DNA from: a virus
Taxonomy: Duplodnaviria; Caudoviricetes
Strand: one strand, 5' to 3'
Virus record (IMG/VR): IMGVR_UViG_2772190730_000001
Coordinates: 12,618-76,617 of that record
Length of the DNA: 64,000 nucleotides
The translations under genes were made by a program, and so were the position numbers. Positions within the stretch are counted from its first letter, which is position 1. Each line of letters starts with the position of its first letter. This document shows positions 52,591 to 61,548 of the stretch, piece by piece. The notes beneath the pieces are model-generated. The model made no database searches, had not been told where the DNA came from, and saw nothing but the letters and a program-made list of their open reading frames with translations.

Positions 52591-53768
52591 ACCCCGGCCG
52601 CCTCGAGCACCGCGACCGCCGGAAGATCATCGGCCGTCAGCTCGCGCAGCTGCGCCACGGTCGGGTCCTCGACCTCGGCCAGCCGGACCGCCTGCTCGGT
52701 CACCGCAGCATCCAGCAGGTTCCGCATCGCCCGGCCGTTCCCGAACTGCGGGCCCCGGGCCGTCGCCGCCAGCATCAGCATGAGCGCCAGCTCGGCGTCC
52801 GGGTTCACCTCGTAGTCGGCGCCGTCCGCCAGCGCCCGGAACACCGCGACCAGCTCCTGGTCGGAGTAGTCCGCGAACTCCACCGTCGTCCTGAACCGCG
52901 ACGCGAGACCCGGGTTCGACCGGACGAACTCGCCCATCTGCTCCGGGTAGCCGGCCGCGATCACGACCAGGTCCTCGCGGTGGTCCTCCATCAGCTTGAC
53001 CAGGGTGTCGATCGCCTCGCCACCAAAGTCCCGCTCGCCGGTCGGGGTGAGCGTGTAGGCCTCATCGATGAACAGCACGCCGCCCAGCGCGGACTCGACG
53101 ACGTCAGTGGTCTTGATCGCCGTGTGCCCGATGTACGCGCCGACCAGGCCGGCACGGTCGGTCTCGACCAGGTGCCCGCGGGAAAGCATCCCCATCGCAT
53201 TGAAGATCGCGGCGACCAGCCGGGCCACCGTGGTCTTGCCGGTGCCGGGGTTGCCGGTGAACACCATGTGCCGAGTCGTGGCCGCGACTCGCAGCCCCGC
53301 AGCACGCCGGCGGTCGTTCCCGCGCAGGAGCTTCACCAGCCGGTGCACCTCGGCCTTCACGCCACCGAGGCCGACCATGGCGTCGAGCTCGGCCAGCAGC
53401 GGCTCCAGCTGCTCGCGCCCGTCCGGCTGCGCTGGTGCGGCCGTCGACTGCTCGGCGACGTCGAACAGCGTCGGCGCCCCGGGCGACTTGGACGGGGTCT
53501 TCTTCCCGGCGCACGTCCGGCTGTGCGGCGTCCTTCGCCGCTCGCCCGACACCGGCCCCTCCCCGGCCGGCAGGAACCGAACCCTCTGCGACCGCGGCGA
53601 GAATCCCTCGACAGCGGCAGTCGCCGTCTCATCGTCGTCGGCGCACTCGCCCGCGTTCAGGGGGATCCACTGGCGGCGTTGCTGGACGCGGACGTCGTCC
53701 ATGCTCCACAGCAGCACCAGGTCGATCGGCTCCCGGCACGTCGAGCACTTCGTCCTGCTGGCGCTCAT
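52587..53768 (-). CDS. CbbX/CfxQ/SpoVK/EccA-type AAA+ ATPase with N-terminal CxxC...HxxxC domain
   Basis: LDAMVGLGGVK, HMVFTGNPGTGKTTVAR, LVGAYIGHTA, GGVLFIDEAY, VVIAAGY, NPGLASRF, FGNGRAMRNL. Confidence 0.92.
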   Translation of the reverse strand: MSASRTKCSTCREPIDLVLLWSMDDVRVQQRRQWIPLNAGECADDDETATAAVEGFSPRSQRVRFLPAGEGPVSGERRRTPHSRTCAGKKTPSKSPGAPTLFDVAEQSTAAPAQPDGREQLEPLLAELDAMVGLGGVKAEVHRLVKLLRGNDRRRAAGLRVAATTRHMVFTGNPGTGKTTVARLVAAIFNAMGMLSRGHLVETDRAGLVGAYIGHTAIKTTDVVESALGGVLFIDEAYTLTPTGERDFGGEAIDTLVKLMEDHREDLVVIAAGYPEQMGEFVRSNPGLASRFRTTVEFADYSDQELVAVFRALADGADYEVNPDAELALMLMLAATARGPQFGNGRAMRNLLDAAVTEQAVRLAEVEDPTVAQLRELTADDLPAVAVLEAAGV

Positions 53769-54670
53769 GCCGACTCACCGACCGCCCGCAGATGCGGCCG
53801 GCAGGCCGGGCACGGGATGGGCCGCTCTTCGTGGTCGTAGCCCAGGTACCCGTCGATGCAGCCCGGCCGCCCGCAGCCTTCGGGCGGACGAATGTCCGCG
53901 TCGGGATCGAGGCGGGCGTCAGCGGCACGCAGGGCCTCGCGCTCCCGGGCCTTGCGTAGCCAGCCCAGCCAGGCACCGCGTTCGTCCCGCGCCGGTCGGT
54001 CACCGTTGCGCGCAAGGTACGCCCGCGCCTCAGCTTCGAGGTCCACTCCCGGCCCCGCGATCTCCCGCCACGACTCAATGACCTCGGCCGGCGGCGGCTG
54101 GCTGACGCTCGCGTCACTAGCCGCCAGCCTAGAAACGAAGGTGAGCAGAGAGGGGGTTGTCTTTGCCCTTTGCCCTTTACTCTCTGCCTTTGCATAGCTC
54201 TCCGCACCGGCACCTGCATTGCCGGGAGGTATGCCCTTCGCATTGCGATCCGCATTGCCATCCGTATCCGGATCGGGCTTCGGCTTCTTCTTCGCCCACC
54301 GTGCCGCGGCCGCAGCCTCCGCGTCCGAGCGGGCCTTCTCCCGCTCCGCGCGCAGGGTCTGGTGCTGTCCGAAGTCGTGGATGAACACCTCGCCCTTGCG
54401 GGGCTGGGGGCACCGTTCGCAGTCGTGCCCGGGCTCGTGCCAGATGCCCTCCTCGACCAGGCGCCGGGTCCACTTCGCAGGGACGTTGGCGCGGCGCTCC
54501 ACGACCCGCGGGGGGATGTGCCCGTCAGTCAGATTCGCTCCGGCGTAGCAGAGCCCGGTGACCATGAGCCAACCCGCCCGGGGGTCGTCAATCGCCGCCA
54601 GCTTCGGGTTGTCGGGCAGGTCCACGGCGACGCGGACGTAGTCGCGCCTATCGCGTGGCTTGGGCGGCAT
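53765..54670 (-). CDS. Phage replication initiator-like protein
   Basis: DNPKL...GLCYAGANLTDGHIP...LVEEGIW...IHDFGQHQ N-domain typical of actinophage initiators; low-complexity linker with DNA repeats. Confidence 0.7.
   Translation of the reverse strand: MPPKPRDRRDYVRVAVDLPDNPKLAAIDDPRAGWLMVTGLCYAGANLTDGHIPPRVVERRANVPAKWTRRLVEEGIWHEPGHDCERCPQPRKGEVFIHDFGQHQTLRAEREKARSDAEAAAAARWAKKKPKPDPDTDGNADRNAKGIPPGNAGAGAESYAKAESKGQRAKTTPSLLTFVSRLAASDASVSQPPPAEVIESWREIAGPGVDLEAEARAYLARNGDRPARDERGAWLGWLRKAREREALRAADARLDPDADIRPPEGCGRPGCIDGYLGYDHEERPIPCPACRPHLRAVGESA
54190..54270. repeat. 12-bp-periodic iteron-like repeats inside the initiator gene (candidate ori)
   Basis: GCATTGC at 54216, 54240 and 54252; GCATAGC at 54192; T-rich TTTGCCC repeats just to the left. 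Confidence 0.45.
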
Positions 54671-55607
54671 CGACGCGTACCTCTTTCCTGGACGCTGCCT
54701 GACGCTGCTTCCGCGCGGCTTCATCGGTGGGCCCCCAGGGCTTGGTTCGCGAGATCCGCGGGTCGCCGCCGGTGCACCCGTCGGAGTGGCGGGGGTGGAA
54801 GTCGTGATCGGCGTGGCAATCGCAGATCGGCCGCGGCTCTTCGGCAGGCAGCGCCTCCTCGGCGTCGGCCAGCTCGACAGCCCGCTGGGCGATGTCGGGG
54901 TACGAATACAGTCGGACCTCGTCCTCCGGCTTGGCCTTCAACTTCCCGGCCAGGATCCGGGTGATCCGCGCGTCCCGCTTCGCTGCGTTGCCGCCGGTGA
55001 TCCGGTCGTACACCACCACGCTGGTCTTGCCGCACCGGACCCTGGGTCGGCCAGGCGCGTACATGCCGGCCTGCCCGTCGGAGTACCACTCAGCGAGACG
55101 CAGCGCTTCCGCTAGTCGGTCGACCGCGCTGCTGATGTCGTCGGCCCGGGAACCTCCGAGCAGGCAGCCCGTGACATAGGTCAGCTCGTCCTCGGATTCC
55201 TTGGCTTCCACCAGGTGGAGAAGGTCGGTCCGACCAGTCAGCAGCAGGTGCTTCCGCAAACGCTCCCGCTCGTCGGGGTAGAGGGCGTTTCGATCCTGGC
55301 TGGCGCGGACGATGAATCGGTGGGCCTCGATGCGCTGCACTCGGCAGAAGGTCGCCGCCAGGGACGCACGATCGGGTTTGAGGCCGTGGGCTCCTTCGAT
55401 CCCCTCGAGCAGTCCGGCTTCTCGGAGCTCGACGTCACCGCAGAGCCAGCACCTGCGGCCGATTCCATCCGGAGTAGCGGTCCGGCGATCGAACTCCGCA
55501 CGGAACTCAGCGTCGCGAGCCGAACCCAGGGCACGGCCGAGGTCCTGAACGTCGAGCGCATCAAGGAGATCGAGCTGCCCGGCGATTGTCATCACGGCCG
55601 GGCTCAC
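54648..55607 (-). CDS. Hypothetical protein
   Basis: 319 aa with CxxC and C-x-C-H motifs; coupled to the antirepressor. Confidence 0.6.
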   Translation of the reverse strand: MSPAVMTIAGQLDLLDALDVQDLGRALGSARDAEFRAEFDRRTATPDGIGRRCWLCGDVELREAGLLEGIEGAHGLKPDRASLAATFCRVQRIEAHRFIVRASQDRNALYPDERERLRKHLLLTGRTDLLHLVEAKESEDELTYVTGCLLGGSRADDISSAVDRLAEALRLAEWYSDGQAGMYAPGRPRVRCGKTSVVVYDRITGGNAAKRDARITRILAGKLKAKPEDEVRLYSYPDIAQRAVELADAEEALPAEEPRPICDCHADHDFHPRHSDGCTGGDPRISRTKPWGPTDEAARKQRQAASRKEVRVDAAQATR

Positions 55608-56479
55608 GCCCCACCGCCGATCGGCAGAACCTGCTGCACGATCCGCTCCGCGCCGATCTCGGCCAGGAGTTTCTCGACACCCTTGAGCGTCACCTGCACC
55701 TGAGCCGGAGCGATCTTCCGGGCCCCGGACCGCGCATCATCACCGCGGTCCGGCCGGGTCTGCGGCTTCATCACCAGGCGCCCGGCATCGACCTGGGACT
55801 GCATCGCCCGGTAGCCACCGCCCTTGGCGCTCACCCGGTAGATCCACCGGTGGTGCTCAAGCCAGGCGAAGAGCCGGTTCTGGCCGATCAGGATCCCGGC
55901 GTTGGCCAGCATCTTCGCCGCGTCACCCACCGAGACAGATCCCTGATTCGCGGCGATCTCCCGCCAGGCTTCGGCAGCGGGAGTCAGCTCGGCGATTGCC
56001 ATGCCAGCCTCTACCTCCCGTTGCTCGGACGCGAGAGCGCGAGCAACCGCTGCGTCCTTCTGTTCGACCGTGGCGGCCAGCTCGCGCAGCGCCTCGGCGT
56101 ACGACTGCGGCAGAGCCAGGCGTTCCGGCTCTGGTCGGCGAGGAGTCGGGATCGAGTAGCTGCCGGTGGCGGCGATCGCCGGCATGACCTCCTCAGCGAG
56201 CCAGTCCTGAACCTCTTCGGCTCGATCCGTTTTCGCTCGCATGATGAGCCGGTTCACGCCGGACTCGGCCAGCACGGTCATCTTCTGCTGGCCGCCAAGG
56301 GTGTTGAGGATCGCAACACCCTTCATCCGCTCGGGCAGCCGAGCGATTGCGGCACGCGCACCACCGGCGTAGCCGAGGACTGCAGCAACGTCTGCAGCAA
56401 CGAACTGGGGCGTGCCGTCGAGGGCCAGGACCACTCGGACTTCGATGCCTTCGTAGGTGAACAACTCCAGCGCGCTCAC
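55604..56479 (-). CDS. Phage antirepressor (BRO-N plus ANT/KilA-C)
   Basis: FVAADVAAVLGY, ESGVNRLIMR, WLAEEVMPAIAATGSY, PQSYAEALRELA, GQNRLFAWL, VTLKG. Confidence 0.92.
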   Translation of the reverse strand: MSALELFTYEGIEVRVVLALDGTPQFVAADVAAVLGYAGGARAAIARLPERMKGVAILNTLGGQQKMTVLAESGVNRLIMRAKTDRAEEVQDWLAEEVMPAIAATGSYSIPTPRRPEPERLALPQSYAEALRELAATVEQKDAAVARALASEQREVEAGMAIAELTPAAEAWREIAANQGSVSVGDAAKMLANAGILIGQNRLFAWLEHHRWIYRVSAKGGGYRAMQSQVDAGRLVMKPQTRPDRGDDARSGARKIAPAQVQVTLKGVEKLLAEIGAERIVQQVLPIGGGA

Positions 56480-56865
56480 GCCACCTCCCGAACAGTGAGG
56501 TCGGCGGCATCCGATGCCCGGACGATGGCCAGGGCTTCGCGGCGGCGGCGGGCGCAGTCCACCGGGGATAATGCGCCACCGGGCCGCAGGACGCAGGCTC
56601 GCAGGGCTCGGACCAGGTCGGCCCAGTCCTCGTCACCACAATCCTGGGCCCGGGCAATGGACCGGTTCAGTGACGCCAGGATCGAGTAGTGCTGGATCCC
56701 GAGCACGAAGGGCAACCGATCGGGGTTCTCGCCACTGACCAGAAGGTCACGGACGGCGTGGACGGTGCAGTCGCGTGACGGCTGTGCGATCAGGCGCCGC
56801 ACGGAGCGTGGGCGAGTCTTGTTGTCGAGGCTGATCTGTACCGTGGCAGGTACGTTGGTGTTCAT
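56476..56865 (-). CDS. Hypothetical protein
   Basis: 129 aa from ATG 56865. Confidence 0.5.
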   Translation of the reverse strand: MNTNVPATVQISLDNKTRPRSVRRLIAQPSRDCTVHAVRDLLVSGENPDRLPFVLGIQHYSILASLNRSIARAQDCGDEDWADLVRALRACVLRPGGALSPVDCARRRREALAIVRASDAADLTVREVA

Positions 56866-56915
56866 CACGAGTCTCCGCTCTGTGATCCGTTGGTGCCGCT
56901 CTGCGGGACTGACCG

Positions 56916-56949
56916 TGCGGCCCCACCCCCTGGCAGGGGTGGGGCCGCA
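56916..56949. terminator. Hairpin, probable terminator/attenuator
   Basis: Perfect 14-bp stem tgcggccccacccc/ggggtggggccgca. Confidence 0.6.
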
Positions 56950-57061
56950 ACGTTTTGGCCAGTTCGAAGCAGCGGTATGTGCAGACAGTACGCGACGAAG
57001 GTACACCGCTGCCTGCAATGGTGAGCACAAGGCATCCTCGGTCGATCGCTGGGCTCCGGCG

Positions 57062-57655
57062 TCAGGCTTCGGCCGTTTGCCTCTGCTCGGTAGCCAGGCG
57101 CCTGGGTTTCCCCAGTCCCTTGATGTATCCGGCCGTGGCCGGCAACTGCCAGGCGCCGCGCTCGGCCCCGAGCGTCACGTCCCAAGCGCTGCGTGCATGC
57201 CGGATCAGCGCCGAAGTCGGCGCGGGCCTATTCAGGCCGTGACGGCGTTCGCCATCCGTCACCAGATCGGTGGGATAGCCAGCGAGTAGCCCACCGCCAT
57301 GGCTATTCGGTGCGACCACTACGGCATCCGGCCAGACGCCCCGCAGCCAGCCGAACATGATCCCCAGACCCAACAGGTCGCGCGGCTTAACGAAACCGCC
57401 CTTGGCGTGGCCCGTGGGCGTGCTCACCCCTTCCACTGCTACGCGCAGGGAAAGATCACGCACAGCGCAGAATTCGCCCAGTTCGTTTACGGAGCGGATG
57501 ATCGTGTCCAGGTAGTCGTCGGTGACGCCGTGATCCCTGGGGTGCCGGCCAGTGTTAGCCAGGACCCTGTGCTGGAGCAGTTCATTCCCGCAACGGACCA
57601 CGATGCCCGTCCACGACGGGCCCGGATCGATACCCATCCAGGCCGAACGGATCAC
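57062..57655 (-). CDS. RuvC-like Holliday junction resolvase
   Basis: MGIDPGPSWTGIV, VAVEG, and H.RSAWD (variant of the distal acidic motif). Confidence 0.75.
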   Translation of the reverse strand: MIRSAWMGIDPGPSWTGIVVRCGNELLQHRVLANTGRHPRDHGVTDDYLDTIIRSVNELGEFCAVRDLSLRVAVEGVSTPTGHAKGGFVKPRDLLGLGIMFGWLRGVWPDAVVVAPNSHGGGLLAGYPTDLVTDGERRHGLNRPAPTSALIRHARSAWDVTLGAERGAWQLPATAGYIKGLGKPRRLATEQRQTAEA

Positions 57656-58035
57656 ACTTCACCACGCAGGATCCGGTCGACCCGCATCCGGAAGCTCGCG
57701 TTGTCGCAGTCCGGGTCATGAACGAGCGACAGCACCTCCCGAACCCGACCCACCATGCAGGTGAGCAGAGCTGATGAGTCCGGCTCGCCGGTCGCTCGCT
57801 CCGGCTGAACCACTCGCAGTGTGCGGGGCTTTCCCGGTTCCCGAGTAACCAGGCCCTGCTTGGCCAGCTCATCGACCTGGTAGTGCACGCCTGAAGCGGT
57901 CCGCATGCCGAGCTCAGCAGCGACCTCGAGCATCGTCGGTGGCCGGCCACACCGGTTGGTCAGCGCGGTGATGCAGTCCAGGAGAGACTCCTGGCGAGAG
58001 GTAAGGCGCCCGGCCAGCACCAGTTCCCGGCTCAT
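57652..58035 (-). CDS. LexA-type DNA-binding-domain protein (no S24 peptidase domain)
   Basis: LTSRQESLLDCI...GRPPTMLEVAAELGMRTASGVHYQVDELAKQGLVTREPGKPRTLRV. Confidence 0.85.
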   Translation of the reverse strand: MSRELVLAGRLTSRQESLLDCITALTNRCGRPPTMLEVAAELGMRTASGVHYQVDELAKQGLVTREPGKPRTLRVVQPERATGEPDSSALLTCMVGRVREVLSLVHDPDCDNASFRMRVDRILRGEV

Positions 58036-59084
58036 CGGGTGCTCACCGTGCTGGTTTCCAGCTCCGCCGTATAGCGCAGCAGCAGTTCCCTCAGCTCGGA
58101 CACCTCGTCGGAGTCCGGCACGTCCACCTCCACGTTCAGCAGCCACTCGGCCGCGGCTTCCTTCCACAGCCCGCGGACCTCATCGACGCTGCCCGCAGCG
58201 TGCGCCCGCCGGGCCAGGTCCTCAGCGGCTGACCGCTTGCTCAGGGCCTGAACGTTCGCCAGGGCCTCAACGGCTCGCGGCGCCTGGGCCGGGACGGAAG
58301 CTCCGGACGGCGCGGCGGTGATCGCCCGGACCGGCTGCACCTGCGGGGGCAGCGACGCTCGCAGCGGCGTGCCTTCCAGCACCGCAGCATGAATGTCCCG
58401 CAGCGACACCAGCGGCTCCAGCACCGGCACCGGATACGACCGCTGCTCCGGCTCAGAGTCCGGGCCTCGATAGATCCGCCGCTCCCGCTGCTCGATCCGC
58501 AGCTGCGCCGGGATCGTCATCCCCCGGGAACCCACCGACGCCAGCATCTCCGCGACCCCGGTCATCTCGACCGCCGCGTAGTAGCCGTGCGACTCCAGCA
58601 TCCACACACCCACACCGGGCAGGTCCGGGATCATCAGCTGGATCCGCGTCGTCATCCTGCACGCCTCACCCCGCGCTGCAGCGGCAGCACGCCGGTCGAG
58701 GTCGGGCGGGCAGGGGCAGGCCTGCTGCGACATCTGCTCGGTCGCTCCGTCGCAGCGGCGCACGCACATCTTCGGCTGCCACATCTCGTACCAGGAGTCG
58801 ATCGCCTTCGGCCCCGGCGGAAGTATCACGCCGACCTCGGACCGCTCGGTGAACACCTCCCACTGCCCTGCCGTCGGTGCGTCCTCCCACGGCCGCGGCT
58901 CACCACCCAGCAGGGCAGCCACCGCCTCGGCGGCGTGCCGGGAACCGGTCGTGAACCGGAACGTCTCCAGCTTCGCGGGTCGGGTGTACGCCTTGTTCGT
59001 TCGCTTCGACACCCCGGACACCTTGTGGCCGAGGCGGATCCGGCCGGCCTGCGCGGCCTGCTTCTGCAGCGCCAGGATCCCCAT
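58032..59084 (-). CDS. Gp3-like (recombination-directionality-factor-like) phage protein
   Basis: GRIRLGHK...RPAKLETFRFTT...RRCDG...C..TTRIQLMIPDLPGVGVWMLESHGYYAAVE. Confidence 0.75.
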   Translation of the reverse strand: MGILALQKQAAQAGRIRLGHKVSGVSKRTNKAYTRPAKLETFRFTTGSRHAAEAVAALLGGEPRPWEDAPTAGQWEVFTERSEVGVILPPGPKAIDSWYEMWQPKMCVRRCDGATEQMSQQACPCPPDLDRRAAAAARGEACRMTTRIQLMIPDLPGVGVWMLESHGYYAAVEMTGVAEMLASVGSRGMTIPAQLRIEQRERRIYRGPDSEPEQRSYPVPVLEPLVSLRDIHAAVLEGTPLRASLPPQVQPVRAITAAPSGASVPAQAPRAVEALANVQALSKRSAAEDLARRAHAAGSVDEVRGLWKEAAAEWLLNVEVDVPDSDEVSELRELLLRYTAELETSTVSTR

Positions 59085-60241
59085 CAGGCGACCTCGCTCT
59101 TCTGCTCGCCGTTGAACGTGAGGTTGTGCTCGGCCATGACCGAGGCCAGGGCGTCGACGGTCTTCGGACCCACGCCCGGCAGCTTCAGCACCTCGGCCCG
59201 GTCCAGGACCGCGAGGTCGGACAGCCAGGTGATGTTCGCCTTCGCCAGCGGCTTCACCGCGCGCGAGCAGCCCGGCGCCGAGCGCAGATCCTCGACCATC
59301 GGCGCCGGCTGCGACCCGTCCGGCAGCGGCGGGTAGAACGCCCGACCGAACCGGTCCGAGACCTGCTCGGCCACACTCACCTGGGCGCGGCAGGCCAGCC
59401 ACCATTCCCAGCCCAAGTCCAGTTCGGCCCGGGTGACCCGGATCAGCTTGTAGCCCCGGGCATAGGACGGGCGCAGGTGCAGGATCGCCCATCCGTCCAG
59501 GGCCGGCCGAGGAACGACGAGCCCGGAGCGCAACCACACCTGGTCGAACTTGTCGTAGGCACCGACCTGGGCGAGCATCTCCCGGCCCAGGTGCGCGCCC
59601 GTCTTGGTGTCCCCGCCGATGATCTCGCCGGTCACACCGAGGCGGCCCATGAAGTCCACGGTGCCCGCGCCCTGGTGCTCATCGGACGCGACCGTGCACT
59701 CGGCCGCCTCGGGCTCGAACTGGAAGTCCTCGACGAAAGCGAGGAACCCGTCGACGATCTGATCCAGCCACTCCCGGCTGATCACGATCAGTTCTTCGTC
59801 CCACTCGACGATCCGGCCGTCCAGGTGGTCGGGGATCCCGGGTGTCGGCGCGTCGGTGAGCATGGCCTCGATGACGTCGTGGACGAACGTCCCGATGTCG
59901 GCTTTGATCTCGCGGTTGGCTGCCGCGGTGGTGGTGATCTCCTTGACCGCTGCGTCCCGGCCGTCCTTGCGGAAGGTGGCGTGCCAGTGCTGGGAGAAGT
60001 CCACGGCGTACTGGGCGGCGATCTTCGCGGCCCAAGGGGCGAGCCACGGCTTGGACGTGGCGGCGCCGATGACGTGGGTGACAGATAGGTAAGGGGCCCC
60101 GGTCTCGGGGTGGTTGTACCAGCGGCTGCTGCCGTCGCCCTGGGCCTCGACCCGGCCGGCGCCGAGCAGGCTGGTCTGGTCCGGCTCGCCATCGCGCGGC
60201 GCCGGGAGTCGGGTGGTGGTGGTCGTGGTCGTGGTGGTCAT
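59084..60241 (-). CDS. Cas4-like/PD-(D/E)XK exonuclease with a C-terminal RNAP alpha-CTD-like (HhH) domain
   Basis: YLSVTHVI..ATSKPWLAPWAAK, GTFVH, AGTVD...GDTKTG, AQVGAY; C-terminus KPLAKANITWLSDL...LKLPGVGPKT. Confidence 0.8.
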   Translation of the reverse strand: MTTTTTTTTTRLPAPRDGEPDQTSLLGAGRVEAQGDGSSRWYNHPETGAPYLSVTHVIGAATSKPWLAPWAAKIAAQYAVDFSQHWHATFRKDGRDAAVKEITTTAAANREIKADIGTFVHDVIEAMLTDAPTPGIPDHLDGRIVEWDEELIVISREWLDQIVDGFLAFVEDFQFEPEAAECTVASDEHQGAGTVDFMGRLGVTGEIIGGDTKTGAHLGREMLAQVGAYDKFDQVWLRSGLVVPRPALDGWAILHLRPSYARGYKLIRVTRAELDLGWEWWLACRAQVSVAEQVSDRFGRAFYPPLPDGSQPAPMVEDLRSAPGCSRAVKPLAKANITWLSDLAVLDRAEVLKLPGVGPKTVDALASVMAEHNLTFNGEQKSEVA

Positions 60242-60765
60242 CGGGCCCCTCCCCGGATCATCGTTAAAGCAGCTCGGACGCAGTTCGTGCACTCCGCTAG
60301 GGCACCCAGGTCGCGGGCCCAGAAGTTCGGGCCTTCCCGACCGCACAGAGCGGTCATGCGGCTGGCCTGCATCCTGTTGTCGTCGAAGTCCGCCCGGGCC
60401 ACGCTGACCAGGTGCTTCCGGTCGGCCGCCTTGTAGTAGTAGTTCGGTCCGCCCCACTCGTAACCGTCCGGGATGGGCGTCACAACAACGCCCCACTTCG
60501 GGTCATGCTCACAGTCCGAGACCAGCAGGTTGACGTCCGAGCGGCGCCCGAGACGAACGGTGTAACCCGCCTTCTTGTCCTGCGCTGCACGGGCCTTCGT
60601 CTCGAAGTAGTGGAGTGCGTCCCATGCCTGCTCGGGGGTGGCGATGACCTCGCTGCCCGACTCGGCAACATGGATGCCGCACGCACATCCGCATGGGGCG
60701 ATCTCCAGCCAGGACAGCTCATTGATCGGCACCGGGCCGCCCTCGAACTCCAGGAAGAGGGTCAT
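60238..60765 (-). CDS. Hypothetical Cys-containing protein
   Basis: 175 aa; PCGCACG, ALCG...CTNCVR. Confidence 0.6.
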   Translation of the reverse strand: MTLFLEFEGGPVPINELSWLEIAPCGCACGIHVAESGSEVIATPEQAWDALHYFETKARAAQDKKAGYTVRLGRRSDVNLLVSDCEHDPKWGVVVTPIPDGYEWGGPNYYYKAADRKHLVSVARADFDDNRMQASRMTALCGREGPNFWARDLGALAECTNCVRAALTMIRGGAR

Positions 60766-61148
60766 CGGGCACCCGCAAGACTCTTCTCGGCAGCGTCCCG
60801 CTGGCCGTCCGCCTTGAGAACCGCTGCCGTCCAGCAGTCCACGTCATCCGGGACCATCCAGAACCCGACCCGATCCATCGGCGAGCCCAGCAGCCGGGCC
60901 AGGAACTCGGTGCTCCGTAGCTCCATGTCGGCCAGCGCGAACACGGTTAAGCCGGTCGAGAACATCGCGTCTGCTGGTTCGTAGACCGCGCGGATCGGCC
61001 GGCCACCCCGTGCCTCCAGGGCCTCTCGGACGAAGTCCTCCATGGCCTGGCGGCCGCGGGCCGCAACCTGACGGGCGGTCTCCTCGGTGATCGGTGCTAC
61101 CTCGGTGCTAGCGCTCACGGGCGCGGCCTCCTCTACCATCAGTCGCAT
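60762..61148 (-). CDS. Hypothetical protein
   Basis: 128 aa, AAGGAG RBS. Confidence 0.55.
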   Translation of the reverse strand: MRLMVEEAAPVSASTEVAPITEETARQVAARGRQAMEDFVREALEARGGRPIRAVYEPADAMFSTGLTVFALADMELRSTEFLARLLGSPMDRVGFWMVPDDVDCWTAAVLKADGQRDAAEKSLAGAR

Positions 61149-61245
61149 CGCGCGACTCCTTTCTTGGGTGGTTGTTCGGTCCCGGGTCGCCGGTGTCCCC
61201 GCTGCTTGGTCGGCGTGTGGGGGATGCAGGCGGCCCGGTCGTACG

Positions 61246-61548
61246 TCAGGACGCAACCCGCACCGGCTGAGCCGGAGCGGCGGCCGAGAACGGGATCTCC
61301 AGCAGCTCCAGCAGCGACCGGCGAGTGGCGCGCAGCGGCCTGCTGACGCCCGATACCGGTCGCAGTCCGGACTCCGGGTCGCCGAGCATTTCCCGGACCT
61401 TGTCCTCGCCCACGTTGAGGGCCTTCGCGGCGTCCTCGACGGCCACCGATGCAGGCAGTGCCAGCACTTCAGCCTCAGTAAGCGGCACCCGTCGCGTCGT
61501 GGAGCCGGATGCACGTGGCGTGGGCTGGAATTTCTGGCGGCCCGTCAT
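61246..61548 (-). CDS. Excisionase-like HTH protein
   Basis: VLALPASVAVEDAAKALNVGEDKVREML; near the integrase. Confidence 0.7.
   Translation of the reverse strand: MTGRQKFQPTPRASGSTTRRVPLTEAEVLALPASVAVEDAAKALNVGEDKVREMLGDPESGLRPVSGVSRPLRATRRSLLELLEIPFSAAAPAQPVRVAS

Noticed and set aside
52587-53768. EccA-like ATPase plus relaxase/T4CP read as a mycobacterial-type ESX-conjugation system
   Set aside because: No EccB/C/D/E, WXG100, mycosin or VirB4 genes are in the window, the ATPase lacks EccA's TPR-type N-domain, and it sits in the phage replication operon.
59084-60241. Cas4-like gene as evidence of a CRISPR-Cas system
   Set aside because: Stand-alone Cas4-like exonucleases paired with recombination proteins are common in actinophages; no array, cas1 or cas2 is present.
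60210-60241. Poly-Thr (ACC/ACG) run at the exonuclease start as a phase-variable repeat
   Set aside because: An imperfect trinucleotide repeat, so slippage would keep the frame; no switch is implied.
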